DNA of 64,000 nt from Nemertoderma westbladi (GCA_032718475.1 JAUCBJ010008093.1:3258-67257), one strand, 5' to 3'. Positions 10,608 to 23,359 are shown, numbered from the stretch's first letter. Notes: a model not told the origin generated them from the sequence alone. Numbers and translations: made by a program.

Positions 10608-11160
10608 GATTCAGTGGGCACTGCTCGAGAAGTAAACAGGAGGTCATACTAGGTTACTTTGTGTTATAGTTAAATAGAACCATTTTATGGTAATCAGCCA
10701 ATGTCCGGAAATCCAAATAATAGCCTCCAAGTAAACCAAAGTGATACATATTTTATTTCACTAACCAAACACTATTCAGCATCTACTATACCCATCTATT
10801 CACTCATTCTTTATTAATGAACGTGGCCTTTCCATCGAACTGATTCTCTATAATAATTAACCCCTTTTGTGCTTTTAATGGATCCATGAGTTATTTATAA
10901 CAACCAGTTAGTAAATCCATTATCGTCTATTATTCGTGTGTCTTTCCAGATCTATTTAGGATTCAGAATGTGTTGCATGGAAATGGAAGCTCTATTCCTA
11001 GAATACATCAAAATTGATTAAATACGTTTGTGCTGATACAAACATTTCAATGTGTAACAGATACCCAGATACATACTCAAATATTTTCGATTTATTTAAT
11101 GACTTCACCGACCGTCGCCCATCTTTGACAACGGTATAATACACAATAACCCTTAATACA

Positions 11161-12602
11161 ACACGAAGTGGGGCCTTCGCGCAGCACGTGAAATGAGTTA
11201 ATGCTAAGTATCAACTCGAAAGGATTATAAAAACATAGGAGAAGATTTTCCCGGAAAACGTTAACCCTCTAGCGGGAGACTGGGTAACTGAAGAAGGAAG
11301 GATTAGTTTCCCTACAAAGCCACAGCCTATGGTCTATTACATATCTACCAAGTTTCCGATTGACGGATCATAAATAACGAAATGTTGGAAGGTTTTCACT
11401 TTCATACATTTAGCCCTCTAGCGGCATATTAAAGAACTACGGATCGATCACCTTCCTCACAAAGACGAGGCATGTGGTCTAGTACATACCGGTACTGTAT
11501 ATTCCAAAATTCAGCTTAAATAGATTAAGATCAAGGAATTCGCGAAGGTTATCACTTTCCTACATTTCGCCCTCTAGCGGCAGACTCGAAAACTCCGGAC
11601 CGATTACTGTCCACACAAAGACTTAGGATGTCTTCTAGTACATATATGACAAGTTTCAGCGTAATCAGATCATAAACAACTAAATGGAAGAATAATTTCA
11701 CATTCGGGACATTTCGCCCTCTAGCGGCAGACTGGAGAACTGCAGACAGATTAGCCTCCTTTGACATTTACAGCTAATGGTCTAGTACATACTTCCCAAG
11801 TTTCAGCTTAAACGGATTAAAAGCAAAGAAATGGGTGGCCATTTAATGTTTAGACATGTGGCCCTCTAGCGGGAGACTGGAAAACTTCGGACCGATTACA
11901 ATCCACACAAAGACTCAGGATGTCATCTAGTACATATATGACAAGTTTCAGCGTAATCAGATCATAAACAACTAAATGGAAGAATAATTTCACATTCGGG
12001 ACATTTCGCCCTCTAGCGGCAGACTGGAGAACTGCAGACAGATTAGCCTCCTTTGAAATTTACAGCTAATGGTCTAGTACATACTTCCCAAGTTTCAGCT
12101 TAAACGGATTAAAAGCAAAGAAATGGGTGGCCATTTAATGTTTAGACATGTGGCCCTCTAGCGGGAGACTGGAAAACTTCGGACCGATTACAATCCACAC
12201 AAAGACTCAGGATGTCATCTAGTACATATATGACAAGTTTCAGCGTAATCAGATCATAAACAACTAAATGGAAGAATAATTTCACATTCGGGACATTTCG
12301 CCCTCTAGCGGCAGACTGGAGAACTGCAGACAGATTAGCCTCCTTTGAAATTTACAGCTAATGGTCTAGTACATACTTCCCAAGTTTCAGCTTAAACGGA
12401 TTAAAAGCAAAGAAATGGGTGGCCATTTAATGTTTAGACATGTGGCCCTCTAGCGGGAGACCATTGCACTGATGGTGTCTGAAAGTCTCTCAAAAATCTC
12501 AACTTTTGGTCATATTGATACCTACAAATTTTCAACTTGGCAGCTTTAAATCCGACAAAGTTATTAGCATGTCAAAATCGTAACGACGACGACAACGACG
12601 AC

Positions 12603-12634
<32 letters not shown>

Positions 12635-12710
12635 CAACTATTTGCATAAATTGACCCACCCCCTAACAGTGTCAATTCGCTAAGGCTCCGCCAACTTCGT
12701 GGCTCGCCCC
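11161..12710 (-). mobile_element. Helentron-associated non-autonomous element (DINE-1/pearl/DTC84-like) with internal tandem array
   Basis: Subterminal inverted CACGAAGT/ACTTCGTG, (GAC)n microsatellite at 12583-12637 near one end, a central tandem array, and insertion at an AA/TT site without a TSD. Confidence 0.65.
11260..12462. repeat. Tandem array with 294-bp period, built of two related ~147-bp subunits each containing CCCTCTAGCGG
   Basis: Near-identical units recur at 11712, 12005 and 12299; more diverged units lie toward 11260. Confidence 0.9.
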
Positions 12711-13768
12711 ACAACCATTTTTAGGGGGTCGGAGCCCCCCCCCCCCCCTAATTTTTTTCAAATTTCAATAAAATGCTACGAAATTTGGTATGATGATAGA
12801 AAGACACACTTTCTTACTGGTGGCCTGGCCGGATTTTTAAATTTCTCAGTTATTTCAATACAACAATCCCTTAAAAAATGTCTATTTAGCAATGTTTAAC
12901 CACCTCCATAGACTTTATTTTATGACTTTTAAATGTAATCTAGATATCTTTCGAAGCGCCTTCGTCTGTAGATTCCGAATCTGAAAACCGTAATATGTTA
13001 ACTCTCAACCAAAAATTGGTAAAGATATTATCAAAATACTAATGTGTAAATTCAGAGACGTAAATCGCTATAATTCTGATGTTTTGATGTCTTTATTCTA
13101 GAATATTAATTATTATTTAGCTGAGCGTTTAAAACTCTCCATCTTGTTTTTTCATTACCCATAATTAATATTCTAGAATTGAGTAAAGAAACATTAGAAT
13201 TAAAGCGATTTACGTCACAAAAATTTACACCTTAGTATTTTGATAATATCTCCGGAAGTTCTTGGTGAAATTTACAACGGGTTTCTGATTCAGAATCTGC
13301 AGATGAAGGCGGTTCTAATGATATCTAGATCTCATTCCAAAGACGAAAAATAAAGCCGACGGAGGTGGCTAAACATTGCGAAATAGACGATATTTAATTT
13401 TTAATTTAATTTTAATTTAATTTATTATCGAAATAGCTCATAAAATAAAAAGTCCGGCCAGGCCACCAGTAAGAAAAGGTGTCGATCTATCATCATACCA
13501 AATTTCGTAGCATTTTATTGAAATTTGAAAAAAATTAGGGGGGGGGGGGGGGGGGCTCCGACCCCCTAAAAATGGTTGTTGTATTAAGGGTTTTATGGTG
13601 TATGTTAAAATGCAAAGTAGTGTGACAACAATTACACTGAATCCAGCAGAATCAATCTACAAACAACGAAACTCGATTTAATGATGGTGATTCAAGTAGC
13701 ATAATGGATAAAGGTAGTGAGTGACACCTCACAGTGAGCGTGAACAGTCACTTAGAGATTATCTGTGA

Positions 13769-14166
13769 TAGGGAAATAGGATAATTGCCACCCTGGACAA
13801 TTTCCCCACAGAATAATACTTTTAAACCTTGTAATCGTTTGAAAGGTACTACTGGCTTAGCTATATAAAAGATGTATTTATTGTTGCAACAAGTTACAAC
13901 TTAGGAACTTGACTAAGTTGCTTTTTAGGGGACTAACTCTCCATCCACGGAACAAAAAGGACCCTGGTTGTTAGTTGCTAGTCAGTTGGTCGACCTCATT
14001 TATTTTAAAATTATCCTCGGGGTCATTTGTTTGTTGGGTGTATATCATTGGGTTCAATTACCCTCGGAGGCATATGACCGCGAACAATTATTGTCTGCGA
14101 GAAATTGTCCTCGGGGGGCAATTGACCTTGTGGGGCAATTGACCGGGGGAAATTGTCCTGTCACGC
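13769..14166. mobile_element. Degenerate MITE with GGACAATT-type subterminal repeats
   Basis: GGATAATTGCC/GGACAATTTCCCC on the left; inverted GGGGCAATTG/GGGGAAATTGTCC repeats on the right. Confidence 0.4.
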
Positions 14167-14254
14167 TGCATGATAGATGCATTACTGATCTGCAGTATCA
14201 TGTTGCCCTTTCCGTTAGCGACAATTCAAGCTTCTCCTAATGAGAGTGCTAGCA

Positions 14255-15052
14255 CCGTAATACCTGCCCGTTTTCTTAAGGATGGTGCTGAAGTACTTAA
14301 AGTGCCTATTAGTTTTATTATTAATTACTCTATCGTAGATAATACAAACCTAGGCACCACCTAACTCCAGATGACTTTTCTGAATCTGGACTACTTAACT
14401 TAGATAGTAGTGTTAAGCAGCTATGCCTTAACCATGTGCATAAAGTGTATAATGATAAATGTCCCAATTACCTAAAACAAAAATTCAACAGAGTACGCGA
14501 TACACACTCTTACAGTACCAGAGCTAGTGCTTCAAACTTCTACCTCCCGAATTGTAAATCCTTTGAATCTGATACTTTCTTTTTTAACGGCATTAAAAAT
14601 TGGAACGCTCTGCCTAATGAAATTAAAAACCTAGATAATCAACATTATTTTAAATGCAGTTAAATCTCACCTCCGTGTACAATGTAAAAATAGGTACAAT
14701 AGTCCTACAGTAAGTTATTAGTTTATTAATTATTTACTATTTATACTGTAATTACGGTTTATATTAAATTGTTCTGTACATTACATCTTTATCGTTGAGT
14801 CGGGCATTGTCACGCTCTCGGTAAAGTTGTACATGTACATAGTGTAATTACGTTTTATATTGGTTTTAGGTTAGCGTGGTGTAATATTGTATTTGTAACC
14901 AAGTAACATAAAGGACCCCCTTGGAAATAAGCTGCAAAGCTTTAGGGGTAATCCTATATGTTATGTTGGACAATACCTTTATACCGGTACATTGTTTGGT
15001 GTATTTGTTATTGTTTTTACATAATGTATAAATAAATCTATCTATCTATCTA
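14255..15052 (+). mobile_element. Non-LTR retrotransposon 3' fragment (CR1-group, Crack/L2-like), internally deleted
   Basis: IPARFLKDGAEVLKVPISFIIN (pre-RT region) is joined to a C-terminal piece (HSYSTR...TFFFNGIKNWNALPNEIK). The 3' end is AATAAA(TCTA)n. Confidence 0.7.
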
Positions 15053-15163
15053 GCAAAGGAATTCTTATGTTGAAATTGTTTTTACATTGTTACAGTGTTT
15101 ACAGTAAATATATTTCCTGTTTGAGGTAGTTCCCCAGTCATACTGTCTCAGACAGTTTCAAAG

Positions 15164-18100
15164 TTATTGATGCTTCTTCCTACAGGATATGATTTTCTCC
15201 AATGCTCTTCTTGATCTCTTATTTGTCAGGAAATATACCAAAGGATCCAACGTGAGGTTCATGTACCAGAAGCAATATGTGACCACTTTAAATGATTTGT
15301 TGATATATTCATCGTCGTGAAATATCTGAAAATAAAATCAGTTTACAAAAGTTCACAATTATGGATATGGAAAATTAAGCAGGTATTAATCGGAAAATTA
15401 ATAAATTGGACTGACAAAAGAAGATGACATAAAATGACATATACCTGTAGTATTTGTATATATATGACATATACCTGTAGTATTTGTATATATATGACAT
15501 ATACCTGTAGTATTTGTATATATATGACATATACCTGTAGTATTTGTATATATATGACATATACCTGTAGTATTTGTATATATATGACATATATCTGTAG
15601 TATTTGTATATATATATATGAAAGGTTTACCGTTTCGATTGTGAATACAACAACCCATGGTGTGCTTGATATAATAAACGAAGCAGCAGCTCCAACCAAT
15701 TGTATAATCATCTTCCTGTTCCGAGCAAGCGATCTGTCACGTGATGTTGATTTTGTTTCACTTTTGATAATTACATGAACTGTGGCAGGATTGTATGGGT
15801 TGTTAGGAATTTCCTGAATATTTGATTCTACTAACCCACTTTTATCTTGGACGGTGATTTTACTCTCATCAGTTATTGTTTGATTACTTGACTGGTCAGC
15901 GATTGGTCTATCCTGTACTACATTATTAACAGATTCATCAGTGTTTGGATTGATATTGAGTTGAGGAGTAATAGACTCAGCTGTGATTGGTCTATTCTGT
16001 ACTACGTTATTAACGCATTCATCAGTGATTGGATTGAAATTGGTTTTCGGAGTAATAGACTCAGCTATGATTGGTCTATCCTGTACTACATTATTAACAG
16101 ATTCATCAGTGATTGGATTGACATTGATTTTAGAAGTAATAGACTCAGCTGTGATTGGTCTATTCTGTACTACGTTATTAACGCATTCATCAGTGTTTGG
16201 ATTGACATTGATTTTAGGAGTAATAGACTCAGCTGTGATTGGTCTATTCTGTACTACGTTATTAACGCATTCATCAGTGATTGGATTGAAATTGGTTTTC
16301 GGAGTAATAGACTCAGCTATGATTGGTCTATCCTGTACTACATTATTAACAGATTCATCAGTGATTGGATTGACATTGATTTTAGAAGTAATAGACTCAG
16401 CTGTGATTGGTCTATCCTGTACTACGTTATTAACGCATTCATCAGTGATTGGATTGAAATTGGTTTTCGGAGTAATAGACTCAGCTGTGATTGGTCTATC
16501 CTGTACTACATTATTAACAGATTCATCAGAGACGGGATTGACATTGATTTTAGGAATAATTGACTCAGCTGTGATTGGTCTATCCTGAACTACGTTATTA
16601 ACGCATTCATCAGTGATTGGATTGAAATTGGTTTTCGGAGTAATAGACTCAGCTATGATTGGTCTATCCTGTACTACATTATTAACAGATTCATCAGAGA
16701 CGGGATTGACATTGATTTTAGGAGTAATAGTCTCAGCTGTGATTGGTCTATCCTGTACTACGTTATTAACGCATTCATCAGTGTTTGGATTGACATTGAT
16801 TTTAGGAGTAATAGACTCAGCTGTGATTGGTCTATCCTGTACTACGTTATTAACGCATTCATCAGTGATTGGATTGAAATTGGTTTTCGGAGTAATAGAC
16901 TCAGCTATGATTGGTCTATCCTGTACTACATTATTAACAGATTCAGCAGTGATTGGATTGACATTGATTTTAGGAATAATTGACTCAGCTTTGATTGGTC
17001 TATCCTGTACTACGTTATTAACGCATTCATCAGTGATTGGATTGAAATTGGTTTTCGGAGTAATAGACTCAGCTATGATTGGTCTATCCTGTACTACATT
17101 ATTAACAGATTCATCAGAGACGGGATTGACATTGATTTTAGGAGTAATAGTCTCAGCTGTGATTGGTCTATCCTGTACTACGTTATTAACGCATTCATCA
17201 GTGATTGGATTGAAATTGGTTTTCGGAGTAATAGACTCAGCTATGATTGGTCTATCCTGTACTACATTATTAACAGATTCATCAGTGATGGAATTTATAT
17301 TGATTTTTGGAGTAATAGACTCAGCTGTGATTGGTCTATCCTGGACTACATTATTAACAGATTCAGCAGTGATGGGATTGACATTGAGTTGAGGAGTAAT
17401 AGACTCAGCTATGATTGGTCTATCCTGGACTACATTATTAACAGATTCATCAGTGATGGGATTTTCATTGATTTTAGGAGTAACAGACTCAGCTGTGATT
17501 GGTCTATCCTGTATTTCATTATTAACAGATTCAGCAGTGATTGGATTGACATTGATTTTAGGAATAATTGACTCAGCTTTGATTGGTCTATCCTGTACTA
17601 CGTTATTAACGCATTCATCAGTGATTGGATTGAAATTGGTTTTCGGAGTAATAGACTCAGCTATGATTGGTCTATCCTGTACTACATTATTAACAGATTC
17701 ATCAGAGACGGGATTGACATTGATTTTAGGAGTAATAGTCTCAGCTGTGATTGGTCGATCCTGTACTACGTTATTAACGCATTCATCAGTGATTGGATTG
17801 AAATTGGTTTTCGGAGTAATAGACTCAGCTATGATTGGTCTATCCTGTACTACATTATTAACAGATTCATCAGTGATGGAATTTATATTGATTTTTGGAG
17901 TAATAGACTCAGCTGTGATTGGTCTATCCTGGACTACATTATTAACAGATTCAGCAGTGATGGGATTGACATTGAGTTGAGGAGTAATAGACTCAGCTAT
18001 GATTGGTCTATCCTGGACTACATTATTAACAGATTCATCAGTGATGGGATTGACATTGAGTTGAGGAGTAATAGACTCAGCTGTGATTGGTTTATCCTGT

Positions 18101-19140
18101 ACTACATTATTAACAGATTCATCAGTGATTGGATTGACATTGAGTTGAGGAGTAATAGACTCAGCTGTGATTGGTCTATCCTGTACTACATTATTAACAG
18201 ATTCATCAGTGACGGGATTGACATTGATTTTAGGAGTAATCGACTCAGCTGTGATTGGTATATCTTGGAATACATTATTAACTGATTTATCAGTCATTTG
18301 CCACTTGACCTTAAGGTTTGTGGGTTTAACTGACTCAACAGTTATTGGTCTATTGTGGATCGCTTGTTTAACGAACCCTCTAGTAATTGGTTTATTCTGC
18401 ATTGGTTCATTAACTATCCCTTCAGTTATTGGTCTTCTTTTGTTTGAAGAAGAAAACTTAACGATTTCCCAGAAGGTTATTCCTTTGTGTTTTGCTTGGT
18501 TTCTAAGCCATATAAGCAGATCAATGGTTACGAGCATTACAAATACAATTGAGATATGATATGTGAGTACAATGGCAATACGTAGAAATGTTTTGTTGAA
18601 AAATTTATCTATGTCACATTCTGTACTGTAAACATCAGATGTTGTTGTTGTAATATATGTGAAAAGTATAGGAGCCATATATATTGAACAGCTTAGAATC
18701 CATGGGAGGCCTACTAGAATGGTAATGTAATAGCGCGATCGTTTCATATAGAATATAGGGAAGTGGACTGCAACAAATCTATCAAAAGCGATGGCGTCAA
18801 CAGTTAAACTGGTGGAACTGCTTAAGGTCCAATCCGTTATGCTGTACAAAATGCAGAAGCCATGTCCATGCGGTAGACTATTCAACATCACATTCTGTAG
18901 AAATGATGGAGCCATTCCAAATATTGTATTTATCATATCAGACACAATGAGAGAAATTATTAAGTAGTTATTCTTTGTGCGAAGAGATTTATCCAACATA
19001 TATGTGATTAAAGCGGCGAGATTTATTAATATCGTTGCTAAGGTTACAACCCCATAGAAGCTGCCGACAACTATCCAGTTTTGCAAAGTTAATTGGAATG
19101 GTCCATATAAGGCGATTTCTCCAGATAGATTCTTATTCAT
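15164..19140 (-). CDS. Class A (rhodopsin-like) GPCR, two exons (19140-15631, 15325-15164), about 1223 aa, with giant repetitive ICL3
   Basis: TM1-5 with NNYLIISLIVSD, a TM3 Cys and AFDRF; TM6 FIISSTPW. Phase-0 intron ACG/GTAAAC...TTTTCAG/ATA. Exon 2 encodes TM7 and helix 8 (IFHDDEYINKSFKVVTYCFWYMNLTLDPLVYFLTNKRSRRALEKII...), with DPLVY in place of NPxxY. Confidence 0.88.
15434..15615. repeat. Intronic 30-bp minisatellite (six copies)
   Basis: ATGACATATACCTGTAGTATTTGTATATAT repeated in tandem. Confidence 0.95.
15895..18440 (-). repeat. Coding tandem repeat of alternating 42-nt units (PITAESITPKINVN / PITDESVNNVVQDR), roughly 60 units
   Basis: Visible in DNA and translation; a higher-order 588-bp duplication is marked by the ININSITDES variant occurring twice, 588 bp apart. 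Confidence 0.95.
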
Positions 19141-20086
19141 TTTATTGAAATTTAGGTCAATGCAATTAATTATAAGTTAAAAAGTAGCATTTGCGTTACT
19201 AACTAAGAAATTGCCCACATCCTCAATAATAACGGCGTAAATAAATGGAAAATTAATGGAATAAAATATAATAAAATTCTGCAATGTAGCAGTACTTAAA
19301 ATCGGAAGATATCAGGTACTTCCGTATTTGCACATGTACCGGATTTAAGATCGTAGATTACAGGATATGGGCCGAGTAACTCAAAAAATCTTGAGATTGA
19401 CCTTGAAATCAACTTCAAGTTAACCTTGAAACTCAAGTTTCACCTTGACTACGATATTCTTGAGATTAAGTCAAGCGGGTAATCTAAAGCAATACTTAGT
19501 TAAGGTGAAACTTGAAATTTCAAGGCTCACCTTGAGAATTAAAGATGGGCGACATAATTTATTTATTTCAGCAGTTGCCTTGGTTATGCTAGCAGTGAAA
19601 CCCACTGCAACACTTTGGCAATGGTAATTTCGATAACACCACGGACCTTCTAAACAGTTTTTTAGAAGACTGTAGTTAGTTAGTTTACAGACTACAGTAG
19701 TATTTCGAAGGCATGAAAAATCGATCACAATAATTATCCAATAAATACCTATTTAGACTTAAATACCAGTTGCTATGGTAACTTTAAGTAAAACTTATAC
19801 CGCCGCGCGCGCGCAAAGGAATGACAAAAAGGTAATAATTTATTGATCAAGATATTGAATTTCCAACAAAGAATAAAGCGAACTTTTTTTTATCGGAAAT
19901 AAAGGAGAAAAGTGTATATTTTACATCTTAGCGGCTGGTTGCTATGGTATCTAGGTGACGTTAAAATCTTCACAGAAGAATGGCAACTAACCATACTGTA
20001 CTACTGTATGAAAACTTGATTCAAGTTCTAACTAAATATATCGTCAGTTATAAAATGTAAAATATACGTTTATATTTAAATAATAT

Positions 20087-20665
20087 TGTGACGGGATCCG
20101 AGAATCTCGACCGGTTGTTTATTTACGCATCCTCGCCGTGTGTGAAAAGTGTTTGTTGTTAGATTGAGAGTTCCGATGTTGTTGGCAGATATGTATAAAT
20201 ATAATAATAGATGAATAATATAAACACAGTTAATAGGTTGTAGGATTAAGTTAACCGGTAGAATAATATATATGAGATGGTGGTGGCGACGACGGTAATA
20301 AAGTCACCATTCTGCCCTAACTGTACTGACTGAGATAACTGAATAATATGAGAACACCAACTGGTTATATTGCACTGTTGGCCTTGCTACCCAGATGATG
20401 CCTCCCCTGTTCCCCCATTGGCTGATAACCTAATTCTCACCTTTGCTACTGCGGGAGTGTTTCCCCCCCGCTGCTGTTACTTTCCTTCTCCCCGGAGGCG
20501 TAACCTCTGACCCCCATTGTGTGCGGCCCTTTGGGGTTTGTCGTCCCCGTTTATTGGGGGTGATACGAGGTTGATTGGCAATCAACCTCGTACTCCCCAA
20601 TATTGCTTAAAGGCGCCCTTTCCAACTTTATCGGGGTTGGTGAGGCGGAATTGAATCCGCTCACA
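20087..20665 (-). repeat. 3' LTR of element C
   Basis: Minus-strand termini TGTGAGCGG...CCCGTCACA directly follow the polypurine tract. Confidence 0.75.
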
Positions 20666-21222
20666 CTCCCCCCCCATGCTATCTTCCCGGTGAGAATATA
20701 GCATCAACCTCTAAGTGCGCTTCAATTCTGCTGGAAACTCGATCTACTATCGGGTGTGGGGTGGAGTTATTTTTTTTCTTTGGAGCCGGCTTTCCAGGCC
20801 GCTCCCTATGGGTATGATAACGCTACCCAGTCTTGGTGCAACTTCCTATCTTGCACCAAGACATCTGACGTCTCGTGTCGAGCCAATTGTGGACTCTCAC
20901 ACAATTTTAAAAGCTCTCACTCTGCTCTAAACTTTCACTCTAACTCCGCTCTTACTCTCTCCCCACTCTTACTCTCTCCCCACACCTGAATCGCACTGTA
21001 ACTTCTCTCTCGCCAACAGCTCCTCTCACTATCTCTGTGCTCCTGTACTTGTGCTATCATACTATCTACCTTATCTAAATCTAACTTACTACTTACTCTC
21101 TCATCTAAATCTTACTTACTACTTACTACTTACTCTACTAACTCTAACTCTACTGACTCTAACTCCAACTCTATTAGCTTTCTAACTAGAACTCTCTGCT
21201 AAATCTACTCCGCTTACTACTT

Positions 21223-21395
21223 TCTACGTGGCGCTTTCGGTGCCCACAACCACCCTCTACTACTACCTCCATCTACGTGGCGCTTGCGGTGCCCACAACC
21301 ACTCTCTGCTACTACCTCCATCTACGTGGCGCTTCCGGTGCCCACAACCTCTCTACTACTACTTTCTACGTGGCGCTTCCGGTGCCCACAACCCT
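21223..21395. repeat. Four ~50-bp tandem repeats in the 3' UTR of element C
   Basis: CTACGTGGCGCTT(C/T/G)CGGTGCCCACAACC occurs four times. Confidence 0.85.
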
Positions 21396-21769
21396 TCTGC
21401 TACTCGTGGCATGTTAATATACCAAACTCCCTTACCCACCGACTTCTAACCTAACCCGGTACTACGTACCCTCTACTCCCGTGGTATGTTTATACCACAC
21501 TCCCTATACCCGCCGACTTCTAACCTAACGGTACTAGCTTCTAACTAACTTTCTGATTACTTACTAAATTTCTACTTACTATCTTCTACTAACTACTATC
21601 TAACAATCTGACTACTAACTTCTTACTATCTTCTACTAACTATTACTTTCTACCTTCTACTTATTTATTATTTAATTATTTATTTTAATTAAATAATTAT
21701 TTGTGCGTGGGAAGGGCGTCTCACCCTCATTCCCACCCCCCTCAGTCCAACATATTGGACGACTAAACT

Positions 21770-23359
21770 CTAAAGGTGCCCCTCGATCTTCCATCGATTC
21801 TTCCATGAGGCACTGTCCCGCTGCCCCCCTGTAACTCCTCTTATCTTTCGACCCACTTTCCTCGCCAATTCCAACTCACCAGGAATTGGTTCTCCCTCTT
21901 CCGCCACCCTAAAATCGGGTCTCTCCGCCGCCTTCTTAACTTCCTCGTCTCTTGGCATCAAAATGCCACCTCCCACCTTGTTGACTCCCGGCGGCAGAAT
22001 GAGAAGAAAGTGAAAGAACAGACAAAACAGAACGTACAATAGTAGTCCTATCCCTTTCGATCCTGTCTTCTTACTCGACCTCCCCCTTGTCGGTATGCCT
22101 CTCAACCGGACCGGCGTCTCTTCCAGACACTCCTCTGGACACTCCTCCGGACACTCCTCCGGACACTCCTTCGGACAGTCCTCCGGACATCTCGCCATCC
22201 GCTCCTCTCCATCCCCATACCGATACTTGCTGGGAAATCCATTCTCCTCCGCCCACTCTCTTACTTTTACTTCCCCGTCTGGTTTATCTGCTGTGTCCTG
22301 TTTCTCCTCTTCGTCCTCAACGTCTTCGGTGCCTGGTAACATGCACCCTGATGTCTCCATCACCCTGGATGGAATCTTGGTTTTAACTGGGCCGCTAAGC
22401 GTCCATCCGAACGGCGTGAGGATTGCCGTCAGATCCCGCTGTCTGTCTTCGCCGAAGACCGTCTTAATTCTCTCGTGGGCCGCCGGGCAGTCCATTCCTA
22501 CTATAATGGATACCTTCCTAACGTCCACCTCTAGGATTGAGAAATCGATACCGTCCAGGAATCTATATCGTTCGACCTCAATGTTGGTTGGTCGCCTGGC
22601 GTTGATATTTATCGATTCTATCACGTGGATGGGGTCGATCGTCGCCCCATAATCGCATCCCGGTGCAATCGCTGATATCTTACACCGCCCCGTCCTCATC
22701 TCCAGGACCTCATCCTTACTTGAGACGGTAGTTACCGCCATTCTATTCGGCCTCGTCTTTAGCCCTATCTCTTCGGCCACCCAGTTCTCCACCAGCGTGA
22801 AGGCTGCTCCGCTGTCGACCAGCATTAATGTCGTTACTGATCGACCGCCCTCTCCTGATATCTTCACTGGTACCACCCCGAGTAGTACTTTTCTCTTCTT
22901 TCTTGCCATTGTCGTGCTTGTAGCCATTGTTTGGCCCCCAGTCTCGGACTCTCTAACTGCTGTTTCTCTACACTCTCTGGATCTGTGTCCTTCTACCACA
23001 CACCGATGACATAGTCCGTTTGCGTCTGTGTAGGCTACACGATCTTGTTTGGGCAACGCTTGCCAGTGCTTACAACTCATGGTCTTATGGGTTCCGTCCC
23101 GATGTAATTGACATTCGAATCCTGGATTATAGCGTTCCCTGTATAGTCCTTCACGTATCGCGCGTAGGTTTATATCTACCAATTTAGTGTTTTGGTTATC
23201 TGTACTTGGCCTACTGGGTGTATTGGGATTATGTTTCTTTGTGTTGTTATTTTCTTTCTGTCCCTGCCACGGTGTGGCCCTGCTCCCAGCTAACTGTGGG
23301 CTTGTAGCCCCCTGTGTGGCCGCGTGTGATAGCGACTGTCTTACTCTCGGGAATGGATC
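21770..23359 (-). CDS. Element C ORF: Gag Zn knuckles, aspartic protease, CPEE repeat and hydrophobic segment (5' end lost)
   Basis: CQLH..H..C and CHRC..GH..EC knuckles, LVDSGA, LTPFGWTLSGP, (CPEE)n, IGLLLYVLFCLFFHFLLILPP. The frame stays open upstream of 23182 up to the element A junction. Confidence 0.75.
   Translation of the reverse strand, partial: DPFPRVRQSLSHAATQGATSPQLAGSRATPWQGQKENNNTKKHNPNTPSRPSTDNQNTKLVDINLRAIREGLYRERYNPGFECQLHRDGTHKTMSCKHWQALPKQDRVAYTDANGLCHRCVVEGHRSRECRETAVRESETGGQTMATSTTMARKKRKVLLGVVPVKISGEGGRSVTTLMLVDSGAAFTLVENWVAEEIGLKTRPNRMAVTTVSSKDEVLEMRTGRCKISAIAPGCDYGATIDPIHVIESININARRPTNIEVERYRFLDGIDFSILEVDVRKVSIIVGMDCPAAHERIKTVFGEDRQRDLTAILTPFGWTLSGPVKTKIPSRVMETSGCMLPGTEDVEDEEEKQDTADKPDGEVKVREWAEENGFPSKYRYGDGEERMARCPEDCPKECPEECPEECPEECLEETPVRLRGIPTRGRSSKKTGSKGIGLLLYVLFCLFFHFLLILPPGVNKVGGGILMPRDEEVKKAAERPDFRVAEEGEPIPGELELARKVGRKIRGVTGGQRDSASWKNRWKIEGHL

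Larger units (their letters stand above)
11142..13600. mobile_element. Fold-back MITE with TA target duplication (Tc1/mariner-like), left TIR interrupted by a HINE
   Basis: TA|CACAATAACCCTTAATACA..[insert]..ACAACCATTTTTAGGGGGTCGGAGC mirrors ...GCTCCGACCCCCTAAAAATGGTTGTTGTATTAAGGGTTTTATGGTG|TA. 12711-13579 is a long imperfect palindrome. Confidence 0.75.

Noticed and set aside
12532-12714. Arg-rich protamine-like ORF
   Set aside because: It is the (GTC)n microsatellite of the Helentron-type element.
15343-15630. C-terminus of the 1265-aa ORF as the real GPCR end
   Set aside because: It is intronic minisatellite. A proper TM7 exon with DPLVY lies at 15325-15164 behind canonical splice sites.
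15961-18559. Several long plus-strand ORFs (MIGLSCTTLLTDSSV..., MRSNRLSCDW...)
   Set aside because: Antisense shadows of the GPCR coding repeat; they are open only because the unit length is a multiple of three.
19363-19545. Repeated CTTGA/TCAAG motifs upstream of the GPCR as a regulatory array
   Set aside because: More likely a degenerate MITE remnant; boundaries and TSD could not be resolved.
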